DNA of 64,000 nucleotides from an uncultured delta proteobacterium (GCA_963728565.1 CAVSLC010000019.1:32001-96000); one strand, 5' to 3'; positions 29,573 through 43,290 are shown, numbered from the stretch's first letter. Numbers and translations: made by a program. The notes: a model not told the origin generated them from the letters alone.

Positions 29573-31379
29573 ATGCTGTTAAAAATACGCGGTGCATGGA
29601 TAGCTCTCTTGTGGATGATGTTTGCGATCGTGGTTGGCGGTTGCACAATTCAAGATCGTGATACAAAGCGACAGCTTTCCGCTGCCAGGCTAATTGCTAC
29701 GCCGGCGTCGCATTATAGCACCCAGAAAGCCCGCTATCTGGGGGAGAAGTACCAAGAGAGACTAGATCGTTTGATCGAAAGGATCATGGCTAATCCAAAA
29801 ACGTCGAAGTTGCAATTTGCGAACAATCTTGAGTCCTCAGGAGGCATGGGGTTTTTTACGCATTCTGCAGTTAAATTTCCTGACGAACGTTTTCTTGAGG
29901 TTGTGCTTGGAACGGGAGAGAACTTCGAGGCCGGGGAGTACAGCGAAAAAGTGGCGCGGCTGTTTTCCCTCTATGGCAGAGAGCTACTTGTGATCCTCGC
30001 CAGTGATTCCGAAATCTATAACGATCGAGGGCTGTCCGGTTACGGCTTGAATTTTACCTGGCGAATTTTGGGTTCCCGCATGAGCACGGAGCGCGCGATC
30101 GTCTATCTGCCCAAGGAGAAAGTAAGGGCATTCTTAAAACAAGATCTAGGTGAGAATACGCTGCTGGCTGAGTCAGTTATTTTCGTTATGGAGCGGGAGG
30201 GCCAGGCGAATCTTTTGTCTTTCCGTGCACAACGGACCGCGCCCGACATACGTGCGCCGATTCAGGAACAAGTTCTGTTGCCGGAGCCGCCCAAAGCAAA
30301 ACCGGACCCGAATCCGGTGCTAGCACAGAAGCCGGCCGATAATGAAGTTGTCAAACCCGCGAGTGACGGCGAGAGCTCAGTTGGGGTGAAGAAGAAATCG
30401 ATATCAGCTCGTGAAAGCGAAACTGTCCGTAAAACGACAACTCCGAATGGGAGTCTAGGGACTAAGGAAGAGATCATTCCAGAGGGAAAGATCAGTCCGA
30501 TTGTTGGTGAGAAAATCGAGGCGGTTGGAATAAATTCTACCGAAGAATCAGCAGCCCAATCTGATCAGGATCTCATGCCCCCGGCGGGAGTCGCTGGGGC
30601 AACGCGAGCCGCTCCCAGTACCGTGGAGTTTTCCCACGGGCAAGTCGAAGCGGAAGCGATAGAGTCAACGCTTCAGCTTGAAAAGAAAGAACAAAAAACA
30701 CCCGAATTGATAAGCTTGGTTGGAGTACCTAAAGAAAAAAAACCAAACGAAATGCGTCCGGACATGGCCGGTTCTCGGCGTCCGGCTGCAATGGGGGAAA
30801 CGCGGCCAAATGAAGTTTCACAACCGGATTTGGGAATACATGCAATTCCCGCACTTGGATCGACTGAAGTGCCTTCATCGTCTGCTACAACCTCAAAGCC
30901 TGGCAGCGAAGTCGAGCGGCTAGCTGATATAGCATCACTTACGGCAGATAAATCCGAAAGCCGCACATCCGGAGAAGACGGTGCCGGCGCTGATCACAGG
31001 GTCAGAGCTGCAGAGCGGTGAGGCAGAAACCGTTGAAGAGCAAGCTATACCTGTTCCCGGCAAACATATGGAAAACCTACCGGAAATGAAGCCCCTCATG
31101 AGACCTAAGCCGAAAGCTCTTGAAGGTTACATTATTCAAGTAGCCTTTAAGGATCGCTATGAAGCGCGGAGTTGGGCAGACACTTTCGAACAGCGCGGCT
31201 ATGCTGTCTCAATGACTGAAGCTAGCGCAGGCGAGTCGTTAAGAGTCCGAGTTGGGAATTTTCGACTACGAGATGAGGCTGAGCGGCAACTTAAAAGTAT
31301 GCGGGATAATGGGCTAACCGGAATCATTCTCAATCTTCCCCAGGCTTATCGGCCGGAGGTTCGTTCTTCTCTACCGTAA
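29573..31379 (+). CDS. Lipoprotein with C-terminal SPOR domain, apparent frameshift near 30980
   Basis: Lipobox VGGC; long low-complexity linker; YIIQVAF...LRVRVGNF SPOR motif in the next frame. Confidence 0.75.
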
Positions 31380-31427
31380 GTTTTCAACCTAAGATTTAGC
31401 TTAAATAGGTCTGTTCGAATCGATCAT

Positions 31428-32867
31428 TCAAGAAAGTTTTGCTTTTAGCAGTTCATTGACCTTTTGCGGATTAGCTTTCCCCTGTGAAGCCTTCATGACC
31501 TGCCCCACAAGAAAGCCGAAAATTTTTTCATTACCGCCGCGATAAGCCGCGACCTGTTGCGCATGATTCGTTAAAACCTGGTCTATTGACCTCTCGAGGC
31601 TTGCGGGATCTGAGACCTGCTCCAAGCCGCGTGCGGTTATAATACGCTGCGGCGATTCGCTCGTATCGAGCAAGGCATCAAAGATCACTTTCGCGATTTT
31701 TCCGCTGATTTTGCCTTGATCGATCAGTTGCACCAGCTCGCCCAATTGTGTTGGCTGGAGCGGCCAATTGTCGATTCGGAGCTGTTCATCAAGCCTCCGG
31801 GCTTTTAGGACGCGGAACAGATCACCCACTATCCAATTGCTCAGCGCTTTGGCATTCGGGCAAATGGTAATCGCGACCTCAAAATAGTCGGCAACATCTC
31901 TGCGGCTGGTGAGCAGCTCGGCATCATAGGGTGGAAGTCCATACTGCGACATGAAACGTACTTTTCGCGCGTCTGGAAGCTCAGGCAAAGTGCTACAGAG
32001 TTGTTGAATCCAGGCTTTATCTAGATTGATCGGTAATAGATCAGGGTCCGGAAAATATCTATAATCGTGAGCCGACTCCTTAGATCGCATAGAGCGAGTT
32101 TGCTCATTGTTTTCGTCCCACAGCCGGGTTTCCTGAACCAAGGCTCCACCTTCCGAAAGCGTATCGATCTGCCGTTCTGTCTCATACTGCAGCGCTCTCT
32201 CAATGGCTTTAAAAGAGTTCAGGTTCTTGATTTCAACTTTGGTTCCTAAGGCCTCGGTTCCAATGATGCGTACCGAAATGTTTGCGTCACAGCGAAAGCT
32301 GCCTTCCTCCATGTTACCATCGCAGACTTCCAGATACCGAAGAATTGCACGTAAGCTTTTCAGATACGTTACGCCTTCAGCAGCATCCCGGATATCGGGT
32401 TCACTGACAATCTCCAGCAGCGGCACTCCGGAACGGTTTAGATCGATCAAACTCGAGTCATCATAGGCATTGTGAATATTTTTTCCCGCATCCTCCTCGA
32501 TATGGATCCGCGTTAAACGAACGCGTTTCGTAGAGTCCTCCACGCTGATATCGATGTAGCCGTTGGTGCAGATTGGAAGCTCGTACTGGCTAATCTGATA
32601 GCCCTTGGGCAAATCAGGATAGAAATAGTGTTTTCTCGCCAAGCGACTGTAGCCAGCGATTTTACAATTCATCGCGAGCCCGGACCGAACGGCAAACTCT
32701 ACAACCTTTTTGTTCAAGACCGGTAAGGCACCAGGAAATCCAGCGCACACAGGGCAAGTATTGTGGTTTGGTGCCGCACCATATTTGGTGGAGCAGCCGC
32801 AGAAAATTTTCGAGTCGGTCAGAAGTTGAGCATGAACTTCAAGTCCGATAATGGTTTCGTATTTCAT
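31428..32867 (-). CDS. gatB: Asp/Glu-tRNA amidotransferase subunit B
   Basis: [37 protein letters not shown]. Confidence 0.97.
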   Translation of the reverse strand: MKYETIIGLEVHAQLLTDSKIFCGCSTKYGAAPNHNTCPVCAGFPGALPVLNKKVVEFAVRSGLAMNCKIAGYSRLARKHYFYPDLPKGYQISQYELPICTNGYIDISVEDSTKRVRLTRIHIEEDAGKNIHNAYDDSSLIDLNRSGVPLLEIVSEPDIRDAAEGVTYLKSLRAILRYLEVCDGNMEEGSFRCDANISVRIIGTEALGTKVEIKNLNSFKAIERALQYETERQIDTLSEGGALVQETRLWDENNEQTRSMRSKESAHDYRYFPDPDLLPINLDKAWIQQLCSTLPELPDARKVRFMSQYGLPPYDAELLTSRRDVADYFEVAITICPNAKALSNWIVGDLFRVLKARRLDEQLRIDNWPLQPTQLGELVQLIDQGKISGKIAKVIFDALLDTSESPQRIITARGLEQVSDPASLERSIDQVLTNHAQQVAAYRGGNEKIFGFLVGQVMKASQGKANPQKVNELLKAKLS

Positions 32868-34330
32868 GCCGTAGATAAAGCAGGTTTTTTCCTGTGCCAC
32901 TCTGTTTGTTGCTCGTAAGCGTAAGCGATGCGCAAGATGGTCGCCTCGTCAAAAGGTTTTCCGATGACCTGCATTCCGATCGGCAATCCTTCACCGTCCA
33001 GACCGCAGGGCACCGAGATCGCGGGCACACCGGCGAGATTGATCGAAATCGTGCAGATGTCTGATAGATACATTTGAAGCGGATTTTGTATTTTCTCGCT
33101 GATCTTGAATGCCGTGGTCGGCGAGGTCGGAGTGATGATCGCGTCGCAATGTTTAAACACCGCGGCAAAATCCCGATGGATCAAAGCGCGGACTTTTTGT
33201 GCCTTGAGATAATACTCATCGTAGTATCCGGCTGAAAGTGCGTAGGTGCCAAGCATAATACGTCGCTTCACCTCCGGCCCGAACCCTTGTGCTCGACTTA
33301 GCATATAGGCTTCTGTCAAAACGCTGCCAGCGGCGCGATGGCCATAGCGCATTCCATCGTAGCGGGCGAGGTTTGAGCTGGCCTCAGCAGTTGCAATGAT
33401 ATAGTACACGGCCACAGCGTATTCGGTATGCGGCAATGAGACTTCTTCTATAATGGCGCCGCGTTTTTCAAGCTGACGAATGGCGGTCACAACGGCTTCA
33501 TCAACGGCCGGCTGTAATCCTGCGGTGAAATATTCCCTGGGAATACCCAGACGTAACCCGGCAATTTCGCCGGTTAACGATCGCGAGTACGATGGAGCGG
33601 AGAATGCGGCTGAAGTTGAGTCCGCTGGGTCGTGCCCGCTTATGGCTTCGAGCAGCAGCGCGCAGTCGCGAACGTCCTTAGTCATCGGACCTACTTGGTC
33701 CATGGAAGAAGCAAAGGCGATGACGCCGTAGCGGCTGACCCGGCCGTACGTTGGCTTCAGGCCAACGATACCGCAAAAAGCCGCTGGTTGGCGAATCGAA
33801 CCACCCGTGTCGGTTCCTAAAGCCGCGATGCACTGATCAGCGGCCACCGATGCTGCGGATCCGCCTGAAGATCCTCCGGGTACGCGTTCCAAGTCCCAGG
33901 GATTGCGCGTTGAGAAGAACGCAGAGTTTTCAGCAGATGAACCCATCGTGAACTCATCCAGGTTCGTCTTGCCGGTAATTACCGCACCAGCCGAACGAAC
34001 TTTTGCCACGGCAGTAGCATCATAGGGGGGAATAAAGTTCTCCAATATTCTTGACGCGCAGGTTGTCCGTAAACCCTGCGTCAGTAAATTATCTTTCAGA
34101 GCGACTGGTATGCCGAGTAAAGGAGAAGCGGATGTTTCGCGCTTGAGACGTTCATCGGCTTGTTTTGCCTGTGCGATCGCCGCATCACGGCAAAGCGTGA
34201 TGTAGGAGCGGATAATACCGTCCGTTTGCGCAACTCGTTGGAAAACGGCTTCAGTCAGCTCCTGCGATGAAACTTCGCGCTTACGCAGTTTATCGCTTGC
34301 TTCATGAAGCGTCATTGAGGATAAATTCAT
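32864..34330 (-). CDS. gatA: Asp/Glu-tRNA amidotransferase subunit A
   Basis: [28 protein letters not shown]. Confidence 0.97.
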   Translation of the reverse strand: MNLSSMTLHEASDKLRKREVSSQELTEAVFQRVAQTDGIIRSYITLCRDAAIAQAKQADERLKRETSASPLLGIPVALKDNLLTQGLRTTCASRILENFIPPYDATAVAKVRSAGAVITGKTNLDEFTMGSSAENSAFFSTRNPWDLERVPGGSSGGSAASVAADQCIAALGTDTGGSIRQPAAFCGIVGLKPTYGRVSRYGVIAFASSMDQVGPMTKDVRDCALLLEAISGHDPADSTSAAFSAPSYSRSLTGEIAGLRLGIPREYFTAGLQPAVDEAVVTAIRQLEKRGAIIEEVSLPHTEYAVAVYYIIATAEASSNLARYDGMRYGHRAAGSVLTEAYMLSRAQGFGPEVKRRIMLGTYALSAGYYDEYYLKAQKVRALIHRDFAAVFKHCDAIITPTSPTTAFKISEKIQNPLQMYLSDICTISINLAGVPAISVPCGLDGEGLPIGMQVIGKPFDEATILRIAYAYEQQTEWHRKKPALSTA

Positions 34331-34611
34331 TCGATGATTTTTGGAACTTTAAAAAAGCTCTTCGCCTTTGCGGGCGCATTCGACAATATTCTATCTGGAT
34401 CCGAGGTGTTGGTAACTACATCTTCTCGAAGTGCATTGGATGTGTCTACGGCTTGGGTGAAAGGCTCTACTTCCGAGATATCCAGCTCCCGGAGTTTGTC
34501 CATGTACTGCAAAATACTCTGAAGCTCGACAGTTAGCTGATCGAGTTCCTCAGGCAGCAAGCGCAAGCGGGCCAGTAGCGCTATTTGTGCAACGTCCTCG
34601 CGTGTGAGCAT
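34327..34611 (-). CDS. gatC: Asp/Glu-tRNA amidotransferase subunit C
   Basis: [19 protein letters not shown]; operon position. Confidence 0.95.
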   Translation of the reverse strand: MLTREDVAQIALLARLRLLPEELDQLTVELQSILQYMDKLRELDISEVEPFTQAVDTSNALREDVVTNTSDPDRILSNAPAKAKSFFKVPKIIE

Positions 34612-34781
34612 CGAGATTTTCTAACACATGGACAGTGCCAATTCCAACGCGAATCGTTAGATGTGACGCATCTATGCTTTGGAAAGGCGGCTCTCTTCAA
34701 CAGCATATCCGTTGCGGTGAATTGACCGCCTTAACCTTCTTATTTGCAGTTGTTTTCTCTTTTGGCTAAAAGGGAAAGACA

Positions 34782-35507
34782 ATGGGCGGCAAACAATTCA
34801 CCTTGTCGGAAGACTTCGACCGGCCTGTAAAGCAGGGCGCCATCGAACGACAGTCATACTTGCGTGGCTTCAAGTGCGTTGCCGGACTGGATGAAGTGGG
34901 CCGAGGCCCTTTGGCAGGGCCGGTGGTAGCCGCGGCAGTCGTGCTGCCGCAGGGTTTTACGCATTCCGCCATTAGAGATTCGAAAATGTTAACACCGCAG
35001 CAGCGCGAAAGTTTGCTGCCGACAATTAGAGAGTCAGCTCTATGCTGGGGCGTGGGTGTCGTTGAGGTTGAGGAGATCGATCGCATCAATATTCTCCAGG
35101 CGAGTTTGCTTGCAATGGTCAAGGCCTTTCGCGCCTTGCGGCCGGCGCCCGATTGTTTGCTCATCGACGGGAACCAAAAGATCCCGGCCGAATTGTTTCA
35201 AATCAACGCGGTTTTCAAGCAATTGCCCTTTCAGAGAACCATCATAAAAGGCGATCAGCTTTGTGTCTCGGTTGCTGCCGCCTCGATCATAGCTAAAGTT
35301 GCGCGTGACACGATGATGGTTGAACTCGATAAAAGTTATCCCGAGTACGGCTTTGCGCATCACAAGGGATATAGCTGCGCCGCACATATGGAAGCTTTGC
35401 GGCGATTTGGACCATCGCCGATTCATCGCCGGAGCTTCCGGCCGGTCCGCGCAATGTGCTCCCTCGAGCTTGGAACCGATCTAGATTTGCCGTTCGTCAT
35501 GCCGTGA
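34782..35507 (+). CDS. rnhB: Ribonuclease HII
   Basis: GLDEVGRGPLAGPV, DSK, AAASIIAKV, HRRSF. Confidence 0.95.
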   Translation: MGGKQFTLSEDFDRPVKQGAIERQSYLRGFKCVAGLDEVGRGPLAGPVVAAAVVLPQGFTHSAIRDSKMLTPQQRESLLPTIRESALCWGVGVVEVEEIDRINILQASLLAMVKAFRALRPAPDCLLIDGNQKIPAELFQINAVFKQLPFQRTIIKGDQLCVSVAAASIIAKVARDTMMVELDKSYPEYGFAHHKGYSCAAHMEALRRFGPSPIHRRSFRPVRAMCSLELGTDLDLPFVMP

Positions 35508-35875
35508 TCCTAAAGAAAGCAAAACTCATATTAGGTAAAGAGGGTGAGCGAATTGCCGAGATCTTCTTGAGAAAGAAAGGTTACAAGCTCGTCGAGCGCA
35601 ACTATCGTTGCGCCGCGGGAGAGCTGGATCTCATTATGTTGGACCAGCGGGTGATCGTGTTTGTCGAAGTTAAGACGCGCACCGGAATACGATACGGGAC
35701 GCCGCTGGAAGCTGTCGAAGGTAGGAAGCAGCAGAAAATGATCTACGCGGCGCAGTTCTTTTTAAGCGCGAAAAAGCTCAGTCAGCGTGAGGCTAGGTTC
35801 GATGTTGTTGGTATTTCCTGGGCTGGTGCGCAGCCATCGCTGGAACACATTGAGAACGCATTCGAGCTAATCTAG
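35504..35875 (+). CDS. yraN: YraN family (UPF0102) putative endonuclease
   Basis: GKEGERIA, GELDLI, VFVEVKTR, RFDVV, HIENAF; GTGA overlap with rnhB. Confidence 0.9.
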   Translation: MILKKAKLILGKEGERIAEIFLRKKGYKLVERNYRCAAGELDLIMLDQRVIVFVEVKTRTGIRYGTPLEAVEGRKQQKMIYAAQFFLSAKKLSQREARFDVVGISWAGAQPSLEHIENAFELI

Positions 35876-35885
35876 AGATAATTAA

Positions 35886-37154
<1,269 letters not shown>

Positions 37155-37726
37155 CATCGCTGTGCAGGATCGACCACTTAACCATTCCAGCATGTTTGCT
37201 GACGGCTACGTAGACTCACAGGGGCATTGCCTCTCGATGACCTGACGCTGGAAGCAGCAGTTCGACTGGATTAATCCACAGACTCTTGAGCAAAGCTAGC
37301 CTTAAGTGCAAGAAGTCGAATACTATCGCCACGACGTGTCGCCGAATTGAGAGTGTACCGATGGTGGAAGCTTGAGGACCGCCTCCGTTGGTGAAAGCGG
37401 ATTAGAGACTGCGAAGAACAATCAACTCTCCGGAAGGATCAAAAGCACACGTGAAGGATATGCATTTATCAGACGCCTTCCGCGGGGCACAACGACTCCG
37501 CTATTGCTCCAACGTCGCATTCGTCCCGATTGTGCGCATCACGATGAGTGATGCTCGCAACATTTTCTAGGCACGCATTTCCCAGCGCCACTTCTTGGCC
37601 AGGAGAGCGGGCGGGACGATAAGTTCGCAGATGAGGCATAGTGACAGGATTAGGGATAAGTAAACGACGGAGAACGTTGTTGTAATAAACAGAGTTTGGA
37701 TACAACGGCTTCACTTGTAAAACTCA

Positions 37727-37921
37727 TCAGGATGGCTGTGCGCGCGTACGATTCAGGTTTTTATATGCGTCGATTTCTTGAAGTGCTGCCTTTTCGATCC
37801 GGAGTTTGCTTTTCGCCTCCAATGCCCTGATATCGGCTTCGATTTGATCCCTTTTTTCGTAAAGTTGTTGAATTTCTCTTAGCAGTCTAGCTTGAACTTC
37901 CTTATCAGCAAACGTCGGCAT
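37727..37921 (-). CDS. Small hypothetical coiled-coil protein, 64 aa
   Basis: AAGGAGG RBS before ATG 37921; MPTFADKEVQARLLREIQQLYEKRDQIEADIRALE. Confidence 0.6.
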   Translation of the reverse strand: MPTFADKEVQARLLREIQQLYEKRDQIEADIRALEAKSKLRIEKAALQEIDAYKNLNRTRAQPS

Positions 37922-38357
37922 TTTATTCCTCCTTCGAATAGTGTCCGCTCCAGCAGCAATAAAAAGACCACGTGTAAGTTGATGAATTTCAAACTTTTGC
38001 TCTTCGACTGACACTTTCAAATCGTCAATCTATTGTCAAAATGACATCGACGACGAAAGCCAGCGTATAGGCGAAGGCAATTAAACCGTAAAGGGGAGCA
38101 ATCAAACTACTATGAAATCTCCATTGGAATGGCAAGTAGCGGAAATGTGTTTTTTGGAGCGGATGAGAGTAGGGAGCGCAGTGTTGATGCTTGATCGGGT
38201 AATGACCAAGGCATTGATATTTTGGACTGAAACCGGGGAATGTTCGCTTGCAGAGCCCGGACATTGCAAAAGCCTTCAGGACCGTGCAGAATTTCTTTCT
38301 GCTCCTAAGAAGGCGTACGGAGCGCGCCAGCGCTTATGTAATTCAATTCGATCGTAG

Positions 38358-38446
38358 GGAGGGGTGGGTGAGCGGTTGAAACCACCGGTCTTGAAAACCG
38401 GCGTGCATCACATGCACCGCGAGTTCGAATCTCGCCCCCTCCGCCA
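38358..38446 (+). tRNA. tRNA-Ser(TGA)
   Basis: Acceptor stem GGAGGGG/CCCCTCC-G-CCA; anticodon arm CCGGT-CTTGAAA-ACCGG; long variable arm; GTTCGAATC T-loop. Confidence 0.95.
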
Positions 38447-38581
38447 AGGCTTGCCGATGGGTGTTTCTGAATGAATCGTTAGAGCTTTAGTTGGATCAGT
38501 CCGTTCGGCGTTATTACAAGAAGCTCGTGCGGCAGCTTCGTTTGACGGAGCTGCCGCACATCAGAATGGGGCGTCTTCGAT

Positions 38582-40640
38582 TTACCATTTGCCAACGACG
38601 GGAACATCTCCAGGTTCACCGTATGACAACTGTAGATCAATACCATTCATCCCACTTGCCATTGCCGTTTAGATCCAAGAACCATTCGCCGGTTGCCGGT
38701 CTAAACACGCCGATTTTGCTTATGCCTGTCCCATTCCAATCGCCGATCACAGGCAGGTCGCCAGCCTCACCGAAATTGGTAATGCAGGTATCCTTTTTAC
38801 AGTTATTCCAGGATCTATTGCCGTCCCGATTGAGAAACCATTCGCCAGTGCTCGGACGAAACAGACCCAATTGAGTGGTCCCGCTGCCGGTCCAATCGCC
38901 TGCTAACAGGTATATCGCCGTTGACGTAGATACTGAAGACGGGCATTCGTCGGTGCGGCATCCATCCCAAACTTTATTGCGATTGATATCGAGATACCAT
39001 TTCTTTTCTGACCGTCTAAAAACGCCGATCGAATCGCCGGGAGTGGTGGTCCACTGTCCGACCGCTGGCAGATCCGTTGACTGGCCGAACGATTTTACGC
39101 AAACATCCACTCCACAGTCCTCCCAAATCCCGTTGCCATTGAGATCCAAGAACCATTGTGATGTCTCTAGGTACGAACAAGCCGACTTTAGTTTTGCCTG
39201 AGCCGTTCCAATCGCCGACTACGGGGATTCCGTATGATTCGCCAAACGTTTCGGCGTAAATATCAGCGGCGTCCCACCGCCATTGCCGTTGCGGTCCAAG
39301 AACCACTCACCGGTGGACGGCCGGTAAATACCGATCCTATCGCTCAAGCTGTTAACAAAATTTGCTGTGACGGTTGTATTGGACGATAGCGTTAACTTGC
39401 AATCCGCTGTTCCGGTACAGCCTCCGGTCCAGCCGCCGAATGCAAAACCTGCGTCAGGGGTGGCCTTTAACGTTACGGCTGTTCCCGCGACAAAGTTAAA
39501 GGAACAAACGGTGCCGCAATTGATGCCAGAGGGAGTGCTGGTAACGGTACCATTGCCCGTCTTCGAAACAGAAAGGCTTAGTGTGTTAAGGGTAAATGTT
39601 GCTGTACAGGTTTTGTTCGCATCCATATTGACGGAACCGTCGGAGCAATCGGCATGTCCTGTCCACGACTTAAACTTAGAATTGGCTGCGGGCTTCGGTG
39701 TTAAAGTAACTATCTGTCCCGCAGGATAGTTTTCTGTAGCAGTCCGTCCCGCAGTTTATTCCGGCCGGGTTGCTGACGATTGTTCCACCTGCGGTTCCGC
39801 TTGATGTCACTTCATTAACAACAGTGCTCGTTAGAGTATAACCAGAGCGAATTGAAAGTCGCTGTGCAACCCATGTTGCCAGTCATCGTAACGCTTCCGG
39901 CCGCGGTGCAGTTGCCTGACCAGCCGGCGAATGTCGAACCCGAAGCAGCCGTGGCAACAAGACTGACGTTTGTGCCGCTGCTAAGACTTGCCGTGCATGC
40001 ACTGCCGCAGTTGATTCCCGTGGGGCTGCTGGTCACAGTGCCGGTGCCGGTACCGGCGCGGCTTACTGAAAGCGTATAGGTACTTATGAGATTGAATAAT
40101 GCCGTGCAATGTTATGTTGGCGTTCATTGTGACACTACCGTCGCTGCAGTCTGCATCTCCGGACCAGTTTGCGAAAGTAGAACCTGTGGCGGGCGCAGCA
40201 GTTAATTTTACGACGCTACCGGCGGTGTAGACCTCAGTGCAATCGCTTCCACAGCTGATGCCACTGGGAGAACTGGTGACCGTACCATTCCCCGAACGGT
40301 TTAAGGTCAGTGTGAAACTTGCGGCCAGAGTCGTACCGCAAATCTCATTGGTGTATGCAGAACTGCCGGCCGAGTTGAACGCGTTAACACGATAACAATA
40401 CGTAGTACTACTTGCCAGGTTGGGATCTGTGTACGTGCTAACGTTAGGTGAAACACTCGCAACGCGCGCGAAGGTCCCGCTAGTACCGGTTCGCCGTTCG
40501 ATACTGAAACCATCCTCATTATCCGAAGCGTCAGTCCAACTAAGTGTTAGCTGAGCGGCAGAGACAATGTGGCTTGGGAGTAAATTCGACACGATTGCAA
40601 GTGCGAGAATGAACCAAAAGCTTGAGTGGAAATACAGCAT
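38582..40640 (-). pseudogene. Secreted surface protein: FN3, four InlB-B-like repeats and about five GDWNG/IGxFRP repeats; 5-6 frameshifts (pseudogene or sequencing error)
   Basis: Fragments 39981..40724, 39815..40036, 39219..39626, 39016..39306 and 38637..39149 join into one protein ending PVVGKW*; FN3 motif LSWTDASDNEDGF...YCYRV. Confidence 0.75.
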
Positions 40641-40844
40641 TACTGTCCTCCGAAAATATGAATTCAATGGATGCACTATTGTCGCATCCTTACGTATGAT
40701 CGATGTTTCTTTATCGGCTATCACTTGGTACGAAAGATGGCTGCGGCCCTGTTCGAAGGCACCGGACCAGCATCAATCAAATTTTTAAGGCTGCTTTGTA
40801 TTTGTGGCTCTGTTGCGGATCTCGACGTTGCGAGAACTGTTTCA

Positions 40845-40859
40845 GCAACACATATGCCA
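40845..40859 (-). promoter_or_regulatory. sigma54 -24/-12 promoter
   Basis: Minus strand reads TGGCATATGTGTTGC, about 200 bp upstream of the surface-protein ATG. Confidence 0.65.
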
Positions 40860-41633
40860 TGGAACTGCTACTTCTTTGCTTCTCCCGCATGAGTCAGTTT
40901 AAGGGTTCGAAGGAAGTTTTCGTCTGATATTGCGCACGAAGTCTTTGCGCTGTTGGAGACATTACTGTTCGCTTAGTTCCCTGGGCGCGCTCGTGGGAGG
41001 GAAGAGCCGGAAGATTCCTCTAAGATGAGCCGAACGATGTGTAACGCTGAATGCTCTTCTAATGAGTGAGGTTGAGGCAGGTGCTTACAACTGGATTACT
41101 GCATTAATGACATTGATGCGCGCTCAGTTAGCGGTAGATGGCAACCTGTTATGTTTCCTTTGAGCACTTAGCAGCGTTAAATGGGAAAAACCGTGTCAAC
41201 GAAGTCCATCGACTCATGACAAACGCTACAATTCCGTATAACTCGAGACATACTTGCGCGAGCTTGGCGCGCAAAATTATCTCGGCGCAATTATCATGTG
41301 ACAGGCGAAAATAAGTAGGAACCAAAACGCAACTGCTTCGCAACGTTTATCACGTAACACATAGTGCTCCAGGGCGGATTTCAATCGATAGAGCCAATGA
41401 AGAGAGGTCCGTTATATCGCGCGGAGTAGCTCGTGTCGGCCTCCAATCCAATGTAATCGCAGCGCGTTGATGACGCTCAGCTGATGCGATTGAAATGAAG
41501 TGGCGTCCTGAGTTTGCTTCGCGGACTCGCCAATGTGTAGGTGAGTTGATGAGAGAACGTGATAAGCAAGCAGCCTCCCAAGCCTGCCGATGCTGCTGAA
41601 GGATCTAGTTCTCGTGGTGGACTCTTTCGGACG

Positions 41634-41861
41634 CTATTTTTTCGAATTGTCTTGCATGTTTTCTCCCGCCTTCTGCATGGACTCGCCCACTCGTTCCATT
41701 AGCTTACCGGTCTCCTGCCCGGCTTTTTCGAGAAGGTTGTCGATCTTTCGACCGGCTTGTTCTGCAGAGCCTTCACCATCCTCACTCCTCTTACAACCCG
41801 CAGGCGCAATCATAACCGCCGCAATTACGAAGATCAGCAGTTGTTTCTTGATCGTCTTCAT
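41634..41861 (-). CDS. Small lipoprotein
   Basis: Lipobox PAGC; helical AEQAGRKID repeats; GGAGG RBS. Confidence 0.75.
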   Translation of the reverse strand: MKTIKKQLLIFVIAAVMIAPAGCKRSEDGEGSAEQAGRKIDNLLEKAGQETGKLMERVGESMQKAGENMQDNSKK

Positions 41862-42081
41862 GGAAATCACAGCCTCCATTTATAATGTAATATCCAGTTG
41901 CTGATTTGCCAACTTGCATTGGGATCCAAACAGGCGGGGAGTTTCTCTGAATCAACAGGATGTGACTGCGCGGCTAGTCTTCATTAAAGTCGTCCGCGAT
42001 CGCTGTTTGATTTCAATTTCCCCCTTAGTTGATAACAACGTGCGGCGTCCAAAGCGCATCACTCGCCAAAGCGACGCGCGG

Positions 42082-43290
42082 TTAACTTTCCCAGCGAACT
42101 TGAAAGCCGTCTTTGCTCAACTGGTTTCTAATCCGTTCGACATGATCTAAGCCGGCTGTCTCGACCACTAGTTCGACTTCCGTTTGATCAATGGCAATTC
42201 GGCCGAAGCCGCGGCTCTGGCCGATTTGCAAGATATTGGCATCGAAGTCGGCGATTCGTTGAGTGAGCCTTGCCAGATTCCCCGGCCGATCCGAGATTAC
42301 CACGGAGAAGCGGCTCAATCGTCCATCTTGAATGAGTCCTTTTTCAATAATCCGCGATATCAGATTGACGTCGATGTTGCCGCCGGAAACGATCAGGGCA
42401 ATGTTCTTGTCTCGTAAAGAGACCTTCTTGTTGATGAGCGCGGCGAGGGGAGCCGCAGCGGCGCCTTCGGCGACGGTCTTTTCTATCTCCAGTAAAAGCA
42501 GCACAGCATTGGCAATTTCACCTTCGGTTACTGTGACAATCTCATCGACGTGCTGTTTGACCAGCTCCAATGCTGTCTCGCCAACTCTGCGCACGGCAAT
42601 GCCGTCGGCGATCGTGGTTGCCGGCGCGAGCCTAATCGGCGCACCTATTTCCAGTGCCGCTTTCATAGAGGGCATGGCCTCCGCCTGTACGCCGATGATT
42701 TGAATATGCGGATTGAGAACCTTGAGGACCAGTGCGGTACCGGCAATTAAACCGCCGCCGCCCACCGGGACGATGACGGCGTCTAAATGTGAATTTTGCT
42801 CGTAGAGTTCGAGGCCGATGGTGCCTTGACCCGCGATGATTGTTGGATCGTTGAACGCATGAAGGAAAGTCAACCCTCTTTCCTGGCTCAGTCGCTGGGC
42901 TTCGGTGAAAGCTCCATCGTAATCTTCGCCATGCAATATGGTCTGTGCGCCGTATAGTCGCACCCGTCCCACTTTGATCAGCGGCGCATGAACCGGCATG
43001 ACTATCGTGGACTCCACATTCAGGCGCCGGCTGTGAAATGCCACTGCCATACCGTGATTGCCGGCGCTGGCGGCAATCACACCGCGCTCGGCCTCGTCGG
43101 TCGTCAGGGTCAGCAAACGGTTGAGCGCGCCCCGTTCTTTGAATGAACCGGTCATTTGCAAGTTATCCAACTTGAAAAAGACTTTACTGCTGGTCATCCG
43201 GCTAATGGTTTCGGAATAGGAGAGGGGCGAGAGGTAGATTTGGTCGCGGATGCGTCTTCGTGCTTCTTCAATGTCGAAAAAAGCCAGCAT
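42082..43290 (-). CDS. ilvA: Threonine ammonia-lyase with ACT domain
   Basis: TGSFKERGA, SAGNH, PVGGGGLI, SGGNID, DRPG. Confidence 0.92.
   Translation of the reverse strand: MLAFFDIEEARRRIRDQIYLSPLSYSETISRMTSSKVFFKLDNLQMTGSFKERGALNRLLTLTTDEAERGVIAASAGNHGMAVAFHSRRLNVESTIVMPVHAPLIKVGRVRLYGAQTILHGEDYDGAFTEAQRLSQERGLTFLHAFNDPTIIAGQGTIGLELYEQNSHLDAVIVPVGGGGLIAGTALVLKVLNPHIQIIGVQAEAMPSMKAALEIGAPIRLAPATTIADGIAVRRVGETALELVKQHVDEIVTVTEGEIANAVLLLLEIEKTVAEGAAAAPLAALINKKVSLRDKNIALIVSGGNIDVNLISRIIEKGLIQDGRLSRFSVVISDRPGNLARLTQRIADFDANILQIGQSRGFGRIAIDQTEVELVVETAGLDHVERIRNQLSKDGFQVRWES

Noticed and set aside
38358-38446. Possible tRNA-Sec, given the selenoprotein
   Set aside because: Anticodon is TGA (Ser), not TCA, and the acceptor stem is a normal 7 bp.
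38582-39340. DNA repeats such as AGATCCAAGAACCA as CRISPR or DGR repeats
   Set aside because: They encode the protein repeat WFLDxNGNG; no spacer array, cas gene or reverse transcriptase.
38447-41633. Integrative element at tRNA-Ser
   Set aside because: No integrase and no duplicate of the tRNA 3' end noticed.
40860-41633. Riboswitch (e.g. c-di-GMP) in the long intergenic region
   Set aside because: No consensus elements recognised by eye; an Rfam scan is needed.
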